Shown: positions 38,615 through 50,811 of the stretch, in pieces | Position numbering within the stretch: position 1 is the stretch's first letter | Layout: every line of letters begins with the position of its first letter | Assembly: GCA_013265495.1 (NCBI GenBank) | Contig: MU061544.1 | Coordinates: 62,001-126,000, forward strand | Length of the DNA: 64,000 nt | DNA from: Vicugna vicugna | Taxonomy: Eukaryota | Reading direction: 5' to 3' | Notes under the pieces: generated by a model | Told to the model about the DNA's origin: nothing | The model's input: the letters and a program-made list of their open reading frames with translations, nothing else | Databases searched by the model: none | Program-made: the position numbers and the translations under genes

Positions 38615-39172
38615 GTATTGGAGGATATATGATGCCCACTGAACCACACTCTCCCCCACCTCTCTAAAAAGATGTCCACATCTCAGTTGCCGGACTCTGT
38701 GACCATGTTAACATGTATGGCAAAAGGGACGCTGCAGATGTGATTAAGGAGCTTGAGATGAGTAGGTGGGCCCTGGATTATCCAAGTGGGCCCAATGTAA
38801 TCACAAGGGTCCTTTTGGGAGAGACAGAGACGAAGGGACAAAGTCACAGAAAGATGGGGTGATGGGAGGAGAGGTCAGAAAGGAGAAAAATAGCTATAAA
38901 AATGGCTTTGAAAGTGGTGAAGGAGCCATGAACCAAGGAATCTAAGTGGCTTCCAGGAACTAGAAAAGGCAAGGTAACATTCTCCCCTAGATCCTCCAAA
39001 AGGAACACGGGCCTGCTAACACCTTCCTTTAAGCCCAGTGACATCCCTGTTGGACTCCTGACCTACAGAACTAGAAGAAAAGAATGTTATTAAAATAACA
39101 CTATATATAAATATATATATATAATAGCCATGAAATTTGTGGTGATTTGTTAGAGCAGCCATGGGAAATTAC
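38615..39172 (+). mobile_element. MLT1D-like LTR
   Basis: aaagatgtccacat..atggcaaaaggga..gcagatgtgattaagga..gggcccaatgtaatcacaagggtcc. Confidence 0.85.
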
Positions 39173-40229
39173 CCCTAGAAAACTCTTCCTGCAGTAAAAA
39201 TTCATCTTCGATATGATTCCGTCAACGATTCTAAATGTACATAATTGATTTTTAAGTCACTATTTTCCCAAACTGCAACATTAACAGAGTGAAAATCCAT
39301 CTACATAATAACATTCTAAGTATTTTCTTCCTGCTTCCCAGTCATTCACTGCGATCTGTTCCCATGGCTCGTCATTTTGCTTCCACATATGATTATCTTG
39401 ATTTCTGTTCACATTCCATGTAACTTCCAATATTCACAGTTGTTGCAATTAGTCACCTGATTCCTCTCTCACCCATCCCAAGCCTCTGCAAATACACAGG
39501 CATGCAAGCACAAGCATGCACACACGCCCCTAAACATGTATTCCATTCACAAAAATTACAGCAAGAGCCTCCAGCATTGTGTCGGTAAGGACTTGTATTT
39601 TGTTCTGGAATTTCAACAGATTTTTCCCCCTTTTCTCCTTCCTATGTTTAATGATTTTAATTCAGTGATGCCAACAGATAAGTCACTGAGTGGGGTTAAG
39701 ATCCAACACTGTAGAAAGAAAAATAAAAACGCCATACCTAGTCCTTAAGTACTGTGTATTTGGGGACACTCAATGTATTTTCAAAATTGCATTCTGTAAG
39801 TATTGCATAGGAAAAGCCAGACTTCAGAATTAAACCCTTGGTAAATTGCCTTGACTGTTATCTATTTAAAATTTTTTTTTCTCTCATGTACTGATAAATC
39901 TCTTGGCCCTGAAAAGTGCTTCATCACATGCTCGGGATCTGATTCTACCTAATGTGGCCAATTCACAAACTATAGAAATCATTCTGGAGTCACATTCATG
40001 CAAAGAACGTCCTTCAGACATAGGGAATTTATGTCTGAAGTAAATATAAATTATGTGAGTTTCTGCTCTTTAGTGGTACAAGCAATGTATTGTTTTTCTT
40101 TCAATTTATTAAAATGGTAACAAAAATTTCAAAGACCACATAAAAGTAGGAGAGAAAAGTTTTGAAATTTAGGAAAACAGTAATTGAGGGCTCCTTCCAA
40201 TATAACTGACTACTCCTTTTTTCACTAGT

Positions 40230-42465
40230 CTCTCTGCCCTTTTATCGTCGTCCCATTTTCTTGACTCTGCAAACTAGAACGAACTTATGCACACACTTAC
40301 AGACCATACACAGCATCCTCTGCAGTCAAGAGAGATGTAAACAAAGATGTGGTGTGGCACTAATCATCTCCTGAGAGCCGTTCATCGCTCCTAAATTGTG
40401 TATCGCAGTAAAAAGTGATCTCTCATGGTTCTCAGGTTATTTCTCATTGTGCTTCGTACAACACTGTGCACCTTGAATAACACCAGGGGACCCATAGAAA
40501 GTGCCACTACTGATGGTGGAAGTGCTCCCAAGAAGCAAGGGAAAGTCATGCCATTGCAAGAAAAAGCTGAACTGCTGGATGGGTACCGTACACTGAGGCC
40601 TGCAACTGTGGTTGCTGCCATTTCAAGATGAAAGAATCCAGCAAAAAGACCACTGTTTAAAAAAAAAAAAAAAGCAAAGGAAATTTGTGAAGCCAGTGCT
40701 GTAGTTATACTCTGAACTTTTTGCAAGAAATACCTGCTTACTTCCTACTGAAAATGAAGCTTCTATGTGAGTGCAGCGTTACTGTCAGAAAGCCATACCT
40801 ATACGCTCTCTAACACGCCTCGAGAAAAAGCAAAGTCATTACATGACAGCCTAAAACAAAAGGAAGGTGAAGGATCTAAAGCTGGAGAACTGAACGCCCG
40901 CAAAGGATGGTCTGATAATTTTAAGAAGAGGTTTGGCTTAAAAAATGGCAAGATAGTAGAAGGAGCAGCTCCTGCTGACTAAGAGTCCCCACATGTCATT
41001 ACAAAAATCACTGAGGAGAAAGGGTATCGGCCTGAACATGTTTTTAATGCAGATGAAAATGCCCTAGTCTGGGAGAAAATGCATAAAAAGGACATTTATT
41101 AGTAAAGAAGAGATTTAAGGCAGAAAGGGGTAGGTTAACCCCAGGATTTTATGCAAATGTTGTTTGTGATCAGGTCTGTCCTTACCTATAAAGCTCTAAC
41201 CTCTGAGCCTTGAAGCCAAAAGATAAACACCAGCTGCCAGTCTTTTGGTTGAACAACAAGAAGGCAGGGACAAGAACTCTTTCTTGATTGGTTCTATTGG
41301 TGTTTTGTCCCTGAAGTCAGGAAGTGCTCTACCAGTAAGGGACTGCCTTTTAAAGTTCTTTTCATATTAGACATGTCCCTGGCCACCCAGAACTCCATGA
41401 GTTCAACACTGAAGGAATCCAAGTGGTCTGCTTACCCCCAAACACAACATCTCTAAATCAGCCTGCAGATCAGAGGATTATAAGGACCTTTAAGGCTCAT
41501 TACACATGGCACTCAATAAAAAGGACTGTCAAAGCTGTGGAAAAGAAACCCAATAGAGAGATCCTAAAAGTCTCAAAGGATAATGCTATTGAAGGTGCTG
41601 TGGTTGCTACAGAAAAAGCCATCAAGCCCAAAACAATAGATTGCTGAAGAAAGCTATGTCTACATGTTGTGCATGAAGTCACAGGATGTACAATAGAGCA
41701 CATCAAGGAAATCATGAAAGAGATTGTATACAGGGTGCAAAAAAAAAGGTGTGTGGGGGTTGAGTGGGGGTGAGTGAAGGGTTCCAAGACATGGATCATG
41801 GAGAAATTCAAGAGCAAATAGATACCACACCAAAGGAATTAACAGAAGATGACTTAATGGAGATGAGTGGCCCCAGGCCAGTGCCAGAATTGTATTACTG
41901 GACAGTATGCCTTGCTCTTGTAATTGGAGAAGCTGGCTATGAGCCTATCATCACAGGTAAGCATTTTTTTAAGTAACAACGTTTCTAATACTGCAGGCCA
42001 TAAAAACTGCATAATGATTCATTCATTAGTATATATGCTGGGCTACCGTGAGGCAAAAGCATCAGTCACACTAGGCTACCATAAAGTGATCATACTGCAG
42101 CTTCCTCATTGTCAACATAGGAATATTTACTCCTGTAAATATTAATTTCTTTCACATTATCTGTTCATTTTTGATGTCTAGTGTTATTAAATATCTATAG
42201 TGTTTTGTAAAAGGCAGCACTGATGTAGGTACTGACAGATAATTCATCAACAGATAACATCAACTTACAGTATCATAAACAGACTACAATACTGTAAATG
42301 TATTTTCTCTCCTTTCTGAGTTTATTAATATTTATTCTCTAGATTACTTTACTGTAAGAATACAGTACATAATACATATGAGATGCAAAATATGTGTTAA
42401 TTGACTGTTGATGTTATCATTAAGAATTCCAGTCAATAGCTAAGTTTTTGAGGAGTCAAAAGTTT
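40230..42465 (+). mobile_element. Tigger2-like (TcMar/pogo) transposon fossil
   Basis: Broken transposase pieces: SAPKKQGKVMPLQEKAELLD (HTH), ELNARKGWSDNFKKRFGLKN (CENP-B HTH), LPPNTTSLNQPADQRIIRTFKAHY (DDE) and FQDMDHGEIQE. Complete terminal inverted repeats not seen. Confidence 0.9.
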
Positions 42466-43416
42466 TCCACTTACTGTGCTCCCGTACACAAAGGGAAAGG
42501 AAAATGACCACTTTTACCAACTGTGTTGTTAAACTAAATCAAACACTAAAACAGATTTTGAAAAGGCTGCTGTGCCTAATTATGATAAATTGTGAAGCAT
42601 TAATTTGAAAAATATACCACATTTCCTTTTTTAAAAGATCATTCTAAAAGTTAAGTTAATAGATACTGAACAGCCCTGTGACTTACTGCTGGTGTTTTGT
42701 AGGACTAGCTGATAGATCACTGCAAGACGTTAAGGAGATGCTAGACGTCCTGAAAAATGAATTATTTCTTCAAGTGTTGATTTGTGGCAGTTTTCCATAG
42801 GCTTAATTTGAATCCTATTTTCCATTTTTTTTAAATAATAAAAATATTTTGCATTGCATCTGTCTTCTACTGGCAGTAGTGCCAGTTTGTACCGATTTTT
42901 GGCATATTTTCCCTCTTAATTACCTTTCCATATTACATAGGACTATTATGTACTGATTTCAAATAAAAATAAATGGTGATTCAATACTTTATCCTCCCGA
43001 AAAAAGGGAATTTGAAACCCTTTCTGAAATGGAAGCAATCCTTGCAAGCTCTATTAAAATGAGGAAAGTAATTTACTATCGGGCATTTTGAGAATAAATT
43101 TATTTCCAACATCCATGGTTGCAGTTTTCCTTAACTAAAAGCAAGTTCATCTTTGTGACACCAATTCTACATCATGCTCATTGTATTTCATTCCAAAAGA
43201 CAGATTCATGCAAGTAGTGTGGTTCTTGGGTGTTACATATTGACTTTATAAACGCTAATATGTAAATTCGATACTACTGCTTCAAAAAGATAGAACTTTT
43301 TTCTGGGTACCTATATGAAATCTTAGTTTTCCACTCTCTACAGAAAGTAAATAATTATCTTTAGCTGATTATCCAAGAATTCATAAAACTCTTACGTTGC
43401 AGAAACTAGACTCAAT

Positions 43417-44012
43417 GACAAAAAGACAACCTATGGAATGGGAGAAAATATTTGCAAAAGATGAGAATGCCAAGGGCTTAATTTCCAGGAAATATAAACA
43501 GTTCATACAACTTAACAACAATAACAAACAACCCAATCCAAAAATGAGCAAAAGACCTAAACAAGCAATTCTCCAAGGAAGAGATACAAATGATCAATAG
43601 GCACATGAAAAAATGCTCAGTATCACTAATTATCAGAGAAATGCAAATCAAAACTACAGTGAGGTATCACCTCACACCAGTCAGAATGGCCATCATTCAA
43701 AAGTCCACAAATGACAAATGCTGGAGAGGCTGTGGAGAAAAGGGAACCCTCCTACACTGCTGGCGGGAATGCAGTTTGGTGCAGCCACTGTGGAAAACAG
43801 TACAGAGATTCCTCAAAAGACTAGGAATAGACTTATCATATGACCCAGGAATCCCGCTCCTGGGCATATATCCAGAGAGAATTCTAATTTGAAAAACTAC
43901 ATGCAACCCCAATGCTCACAGCTGCACTATTTACAATAGCCAAGACATGGTAACAACCTGAATGTCCATTGACAAGATGACTGGATAAAGAAGTTGTGGT
44001 ATATTTATATAA
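43417..44012 (+). mobile_element. Camelid-type L1 ORF2 C-terminal fragment, tail-less, with TSD
   Basis: ORFs 43397..43892 ([27 protein letters not shown]). Direct repeat tagactcaat at 43407-43416 and 44013-44022. Confidence 0.9.
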
Positions 44013-44387
44013 TAGACTCAATATATACAATAATTTATGTTCAGGAGAATAGCCTTTTTATGTTGCTTAGAGAAGAAATTGAAAGGAAATGGTTCCCCAG
44101 CCTAGTCTTTATTTCATGTCATAGATTTAAATTAACTGCTGGTTCTGAACTCATTGCCATGTATTTAAATCAAATGGGGAAAAATCAGAGGGTCAATGCA
44201 AATATATTTAAGAACTAGACGATAGGTTCAAAGATTCATTACTAGGATCTACGTTTTCTATTCATGCAAGGATATCATAATCAGAAAGAGAACTCTATTA
44301 TCTTGCCAGACTGGTGCCCTAATGGCACTGTGAATGGCAGGTTTCTGATCCTAAAACTCTAAGAGGAACAGTCAAGAGTCCATTGGC

Positions 44388-45115
44388 TTCTCAAGCCTGG
44401 AGCCACTGCCACCACCCCCCGCTTCCCTGCGGTGGGGAGGGCACCAGGTCATCACATCCAGAAGGGCCCAGAAGGGGAAGGAGGCGTTGCCCCCACCACA
44501 GCAGCTGCACCCACGATGCAGAGGATCAGGTGTGTGGTGGTGGGCAATGGGGCTGTGGGCGAGACGTGCCTGCTCACCTGCTGCACAACCAGAGCCTTCC
44601 CCAAGGAGCACATCCCCACAGTGTTCGACGATTACGGTGCCCCGAGTGCAGTCGATGGGCGCACTCTTGCCAGGGAGCTCTCTGAGTGCCTTTCTCTCCT
44701 TAAAGAGGAGCACAGGGAAAGGGGCAGTGGGTCCCGCCCCACTCTGCTTGGGAACACCAAGTATTCTTGAGAGCTCACCCAGGGCAAGGTTGGAACCCTC
44801 CCCTATAAGCCAATCCGGTGTCTCCTCCCTACTTTCCCATACTGACCAGTTGATCCAGCTTTCCACACAGGTGTGTCTGCCTGCTGTGGTGCCTTCTCCC
44901 AGGTTAGGAGCTCTCACCCATCCCTACCCTCTCCCTCGCTGCTCCTCAAATTGCTCTCCCCTCAAGGTGCTCTCTCCCTTCCCCAAAGAAGGAGCCCCAG
45001 AATCCTAAGAAGATGAATGTGCCTTAACCTACCCCCATGAGCCCAGGCCTTAGGCATCCACTGACTGAATCCACCCTCCTGGGGGGCCTTTCCCACCCCC
45101 ATTAGTGGAGAAAAA
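44388..45115 (+). pseudogene. RHOG: Processed RHOG pseudogene with internal deletion
   Basis: ATG at 44516 gives [50 protein letters not shown], matching RhoG residues 1-50. It is preceded by a RHOG-like 5'UTR and followed by a RHOG-like 3'UTR and short A-tract. TSD aagagtcca(t/c)tggc at 44374-44387 and 45116-45129. Confidence 0.93.
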
Positions 45116-45774
45116 AAGAGTCCACTGGCATGCCATCTACATGCATTTCCCTTCGCATGGATTTGGGAACATGTGGTCTTTTCTATCATTTTCTTTCCCC
45201 ACTCCTAATCCAATAAAGTTGTCTTACTCAGTCCAACAAAGCTTTAGTTCATTTCAAAAGGTCAAGTTTTAGCTTGAGGAAATGTTTAAAATGTATCTCA
45301 CAGGCTTTGGCAATTAAAGTAGTCAAAGAGAGTAACCAAATAGACGTACTTCTAAATTTGTCCCTTCCGGGGACTTCAAAATCTTGTCAAATCTTCTTAG
45401 AACTTTCCTAAAATGACATCATAGGCCATAAATAAAACTCACTTTCAAATGTGGATTTTATACAGGTATCATTGTTGGAGCACAGTTTAGTAAAACTAGA
45501 AATTAAAAACAACATTTTAACTTTAAAAATCAAAATATTTGAGGGAAAACACTTTTCCAAAAATATTTTGGAGCAAATAAAATTAAAATAGAAATTGTAC
45601 ATGGTTATGCATAAATCGTAATAAAAAGTAAAAAAAAATACTCCAAGTTAGAAAAGCAATGATTACATAAAACCAAGAAAATATAAAAATAATTAGTATG
45701 AATTCATTAGAAAACAGAGAAACATTTCATCTTTGAAAACTACAGGAAAAAAATTTTAATAGATCAACAGATAC

Positions 45775-45985
45775 ACAATTGGCCAACTTTTTCTGTAAAA
45801 GGCCACAGAATAAGTATTTTAAGCTTTGCAGGTCATACTACACAACTACTCAAATCTGTCATTGTAGCAAGAATGCAGTCAGAGGAAATATGTAAATCAA
45901 TGGGTGTGGCTGTGTTTACAAATTGTTTTACAAAAACAAGCAGCAGGCAGGATTTGGCCTAGTTGCCTTAGGTAGCTGACTTCTG
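45775..45985. mobile_element. MER58A
   Basis: aactttttctgtaaaaggcca..tattttaagctttgcaggtcata..aatgggtgtggctgtgtt. Confidence 0.8.
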
Positions 45986-46240
45986 AATTAGACCGAGCTT
46001 TCTCAACAAGTGACCGTTAGTTTTCTAGGGTGACAAACGCATTTAGAACATGAACAACTATCAACTATTCCTTTAGTATTCAGAGACAATAAAGCAAAAG
46101 AAAACAAATGTACTTAATTTAATATCAGAAGAAATGGGTATATATCGTAGAATGTTACCAAATGTATACAGACTTGTAGATAAAATGAATGTAAATAAAA
46201 ACTATCTTGTTGGGGGAAACTGATTCTAACTTTAGTCTGA

Positions 46241-46320
46241 TATATACATAACTGAATCACTATGCTGTACACCAGAAATTAACAACATTGTGAATCAACT
46301 ATCCTTTGATAAAAATATAG
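46241..46320 (+). mobile_element. Short L1 3' tip with degenerate TSD
   Basis: aactgaatcactatgctgtacaccagaaattaac; TSD aactttagtctga (46228-46240) and aaatgtagtctga (46321-46333). Confidence 0.8.
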
Positions 46321-46441
46321 AAATGTAGTCTGAAAGAATAAAAATGAAATTAGCCTAGATTTATGAAAGGATTTGCAGCAAGGACTGTGGTTAGCAGACA
46401 GTCTCAAGCTGTAAGCTCCCTTAGGGTCTAACTCAGCTTTT

Positions 46442-46915
46442 TTTTTTTTTTTAACATTTTTTATTGATTTATAATCATTTTACAATGTTGTGTCAAATTC
46501 CAGTGTTCAGCACAATTTTTCAGTCATTCATGGACATATACACACTCATTGTCACAATTTTTTCTCTGTGAGTTATCATAACATTTTGTGTGTATTTCCC
46601 TGTGCTATACAGTGTAATCTTGTTTATCTATTCTACAATTTTAAAATCCCAGTCTATCCCTTCCCACCCTCCACCCTCCTGGTAACCACAAGTCTGTATT
46701 CTCTGTCTGTGAGTCTATTTCTGTCCCGTATTTATGCTTTGTTTTTGTTTGCTTGTTTGTTTTTGTTTTTGTTTTTGAGATTCCACATATGAGCGATCTC
46801 ATATGGTATTTTTCTTTCTCTTTCTGGCTTACTTCACTTAGAATGACATTCTCCAGGAGCATCCATGTTGCTGCAAATGGCATTATGTTGTCAGGTTTTA
46901 TGGCTAAATTTTCTC
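46442..46915 (-). mobile_element. Young camelid-type L1 3' end with perfect TSD
   Basis: ORF 46641..46883 (MPFAATWMLLENVILSEVSQKEKEKY), poly-T, and TSD ctaactcagctttt at 46428-46441 and 46916-46929. Confidence 0.95.
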
Positions 46916-46959
46916 CTAACTCAGCTTTTGAGGTGAGTTCACACTCACTCCCAGAAAAT

Positions 46960-47790
46960 AAGTAACTCAGAACCTTATGTCACTCCCTGTCACTGCCATA
47001 TTGGTCTTTTTTCAGCTCACATCTATACCTGTGTAAGAGGCCTTGAATGACTAGCTGAAAGAAAAAACACCTGGGCATGCTCTACTGATGTCAGCTCAGA
47101 ATGTGGGACAATTCTGGAAAGCGACAATGGCTGTATTACAGGCACTCTCAGCAATGACCCTAAAAGGGCAGGGAGGGAAAATCTTCTCACTGAGTAGAAC
47201 TGAGAACGATTCACCTAGTCATTCACCTCATGTAACATAAGAAATGACCACAAGTAAGACTCTGCATTAAGAGATGGTGGCAAAAGGCCTGGTCAGCTGA
47301 TCAGAGCCTTGGAACAAGAAAGACTGGGAAAGTGGAGACAAGGCAGTCTGACATAAAGGGATGTGGATAGTCATGAAAATGAGAAGTAAAAAAGAGTATC
47401 TTGGTATCACGTGTTAAAATCCTCCAGAAAGCATCTTCCATTGAAGAGAAACTAAACAACCATACAGACAGAATTACTTGGCCAGTTGATACCAGCCAAA
47501 TTTCAACACTGGCCATCCCAGAACTGTCATGTCACATAAATGGAATGGTCGTGGTCACAGAGACAGAATAGCATGGGCTCAACAACATGTCTCCCTACTT
47601 AAGAATTCTAATCTAGCTATGATTGCCTCTGAATGCCAGCAAGAAAATCCAATTCCCTCGTATTCCTTGTGGAGACACCTGAAAAGCCTGGTGGTATAGT
47701 CATTCAGGTATAAACATGTATTCTGGGTATGGGACTTTATTTCTTGCCCAGAGTGTCTCAGCCGGCACCATCATTGGGAGCCATTAAAAA
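46960..47790 (+). mobile_element. ERVL internal fragment (pol RNase H to integrase start)
   Basis: Degenerate matches to GEGKSSQWAELRA.HLVIH (gggagggaaaatcttctcactgagtagaactgagaacgattcacctagtcattcac) and WK.KDW..GDK. Confidence 0.75.
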
Positions 47791-49799
47791 GATTCTTTAG
47801 ATACGTACTTAGTGATACTGATTGTGGTATGTATGCAAAGAACATGAAAATCCATAATCATTTAACTATACATGTATATGTATTTTTTTAAATGTTCCAA
47901 ATAGTACAATGATGATCCGAGTAGTTGTATTTTGTGTGAATTTTTTCCTTTCTTTCTTATGCTATAAGCTAATTTTTGTATAAGAATCATGAAATACTCT
48001 ATAATAAACATACATTTTTAAATACTATAAAACACCATTAGTTCTCTGTTGAAGAGAATCAGGGAATGCCAGAACAGTTAGTTTTCTTATGTTCCATCTC
48101 TTGTAACTGAACATCTTGTTTTCCAAATAAAGTTGTGGTTTTCATAGGCAATCTCTGCATTAACCAAACTGAAATCTATTAGAGCATGTTTGCTATCATT
48201 TTCACATTTTCAACCTAAACTGTTGCAGCCAATAAATAGGCCTGTAGAGTGGAACATTCTTGGTTCATTTGAAGGATTACAGCTAAATAAATAGGCAAGG
48301 GCCGAAGTTTATAGCTCCTTCTCAAATCTTTGGTGGACTAGCTATATATATATATTTTTTTCTTCTTATCTTTTTCACAAAAGGAGGTTCTGGTGGAAAA
48401 TAGAGAAGAATTTTATCAAATGTATCAAAAAGCAAACAATATGCCTGGATGTACCTACAAGCATATCCCTGGGGAACCATAGACTGTCTAACAGCTGTGA
48501 GTCTCTGTGACTATTATCTAAAAGCAACATTCAAAAGGTTCTTTGGGGACAAAAGAATATAGGGTAAGAACTGCTTGTTAATTTGTGTTTGTTGTAAGGC
48601 ATTCGGTAAAAAAAGAAGAATTTCTTATTCAGCAGCTAATAAACTAACCAAATATTTGTGACTCAATGTCCTGTAACAATAGTATTTATTCTTAATTCTT
48701 ATATTATTGCTAAGAAAGAGGAATAGGTGTCATATTTATACCTACAAGTATGTAGTTAGGACTCATAGCTAAAAATAAATGAATATTTTATCATTTTAAA
48801 GTCTTTTTCTCTGTCCCCCCATTATCAAGTTTATTTTACTAATACAATAATACACTAATTTTATTTTCATTTTAAATTCTGAAGACTTGTAGTGCAGAAT
48901 AAAGATGCAGAAGTAGAAAATAGACACTCCCAATTTTCAGGTATTGGGAATAAAATAAATGCTTCCTCATTAAAATAAATATTTATACATATATATATAA
49001 TTCAGATTTCAACATTAATGTAACATATACTACCTACATTATTTTAATATGATGCAAAATCAGTATTTCTCTTTCACTTTGACCTATTTTCAGACTGTTA
49101 TCACAGATAATTGATTTAATGAAGAAAAATCGTGCAAATAAGAAAATGAAATTAATCATCATTAAGTACATATATAGTTAAAAGTGCATTAAAATATCTC
49201 CATATTTTCACAGCAGTGTAAGTCTCAATTAGTTTCAGAGACCAGTATTTAATAGACTGTAGAATATTTTCTAAGCAGGTAATTTGTTTTAAGTGTTAAA
49301 TCATTACAGCTTAACATCTCCATATATTATAAAACTCAATTTAGTATTATTTTGCTTACTCAGGAGTTTTAACTGCCCCCCCCCGTATCTATCAATTAAT
49401 ATCAAGGTAGATACTACACAAATTAATAAGGCTGAATGTGTATAAAGCCTTGTAAAAAGCACTCTCTTGAACTATAGCTGTTTTTACTCACTACCCTTGA
49501 GACCAATTTTTGTAAGCTGGAAGAAAAGCTCTATCAGCAAATTAGAAAACGCTATTTGCTCTGTTACTCTGTTCAGACAGGATCTGTCTAATCCCGTGTC
49601 TAGGAGCTGCAGTTGAGTTATGAAGAGGTAAAAAATAACAGCAGTAACTTCTAATAGAAGACAAAGCTCAAGCTACCATGGAATAGGACATATAAATTTC
49701 CAGACACTGAACAGAGTTTCTAGAAAGAGTAGTCAAATGCTGCCTTCTGCCTCCTTTCAGTAAAACAAAAGAAGGTACAGGTAACCCAAAAGGTCACTC

Positions 49800-50230
49800 T
49801 ATCAGGTAAACTTAGGCTTGGCTGCAGATGGCGAAGAATCCAAAATAACAATGGGTTAAACAAGACAGAAGTTTATTTTTCTTTTAAGTAATAGCCTAGA
49901 CAGTTGTTCCAAATATTACAGAGCAGATACTGAAGGCTATTGTGATGTGCTACCATCCTTCCGTGTGACTTCCTTGTTGTGGTCAGGTGGCTGCTCTAAC
50001 ACCAAACATCATGTTTGTCGTCCAGCTAATTGTAAAGAAAAACTGAAGGATTCCTCCTCTAAAGGAGCATTCTCCCTTTAACGACATTCCCGAGAATTTT
50101 TTCATACCCCTCTAATATACGTTGTCTTGTCCAAAGAGTATTACACGGCCACACTTAAATGCAATGGGAAGTGCAAAATATAACTGGTACACTATATATG
50201 CAGCTAAAAATTAAGAGTTTCACTGATGCA
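49800..50230 (-). mobile_element. Old MLT1 LTR
   Basis: ccaaaataacaatggg.ttaaacaagacagaagtttatttt motif. Confidence 0.65.
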
Positions 50231-50811
50231 GATCAAGATACAGGCACAAACATTTGCAAATTGCTCTCATGTCTCTTTTTGAGACCAAGGCACTATTATA
50301 ATAGATGTATATGGAATTTTATAGGCAAGGATGTGGAAAACACTCAATAAACTGGGACTATCTCAAAAGGAGCATTTTTCTTTCATATTAAACAATATAT
50401 GATGTTTTTATGTTGAACTAAATGCAGTTTTCCTTTCAAATAGCTTAAATTTTTTTGTTTACTTAACTACATGGGTAATTTTAGTTTTTGCTTTTTTTTA
50501 TAAATATAAACCTGACTATATTATATAATCTGCTGAGAATCATGTAAAGTACTTCAAATTTAATAGGGAGGAAAGATACCAAAACTCAAAGATGCCAAGA
50601 CTTGGAGTAGTAGACTTGAAGTATCAAGGCTTGTTTGTATACAAAAAAACAAAGCTAGTATTCTTTCTTTAACTGCAAACTGCTTCCTTCTTTACTATTT
50701 CTCTCATATATGCATATAAAGCTTTCAAACATATTTGCCGAGTCCTTTTCCTATTGGAATCTTTCTGAAAATATATACTTTGGTAAATAAGTTGTTTTAT
50801 ATACATATCCA

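Noticed and set aside
40230..42465. Tigger transposase as a domesticated TIGD-type gene or active element
   Set aside because: Many stops and frameshifts, an apparent internal deletion and incomplete termini; an ordinary fossil.
44372..45008. Long ORFs of 181 aa (minus) and 173 aa (plus) over the retrocopy
   Set aside because: By-products of GC-rich RHOG mRNA sequence read in non-native frames.
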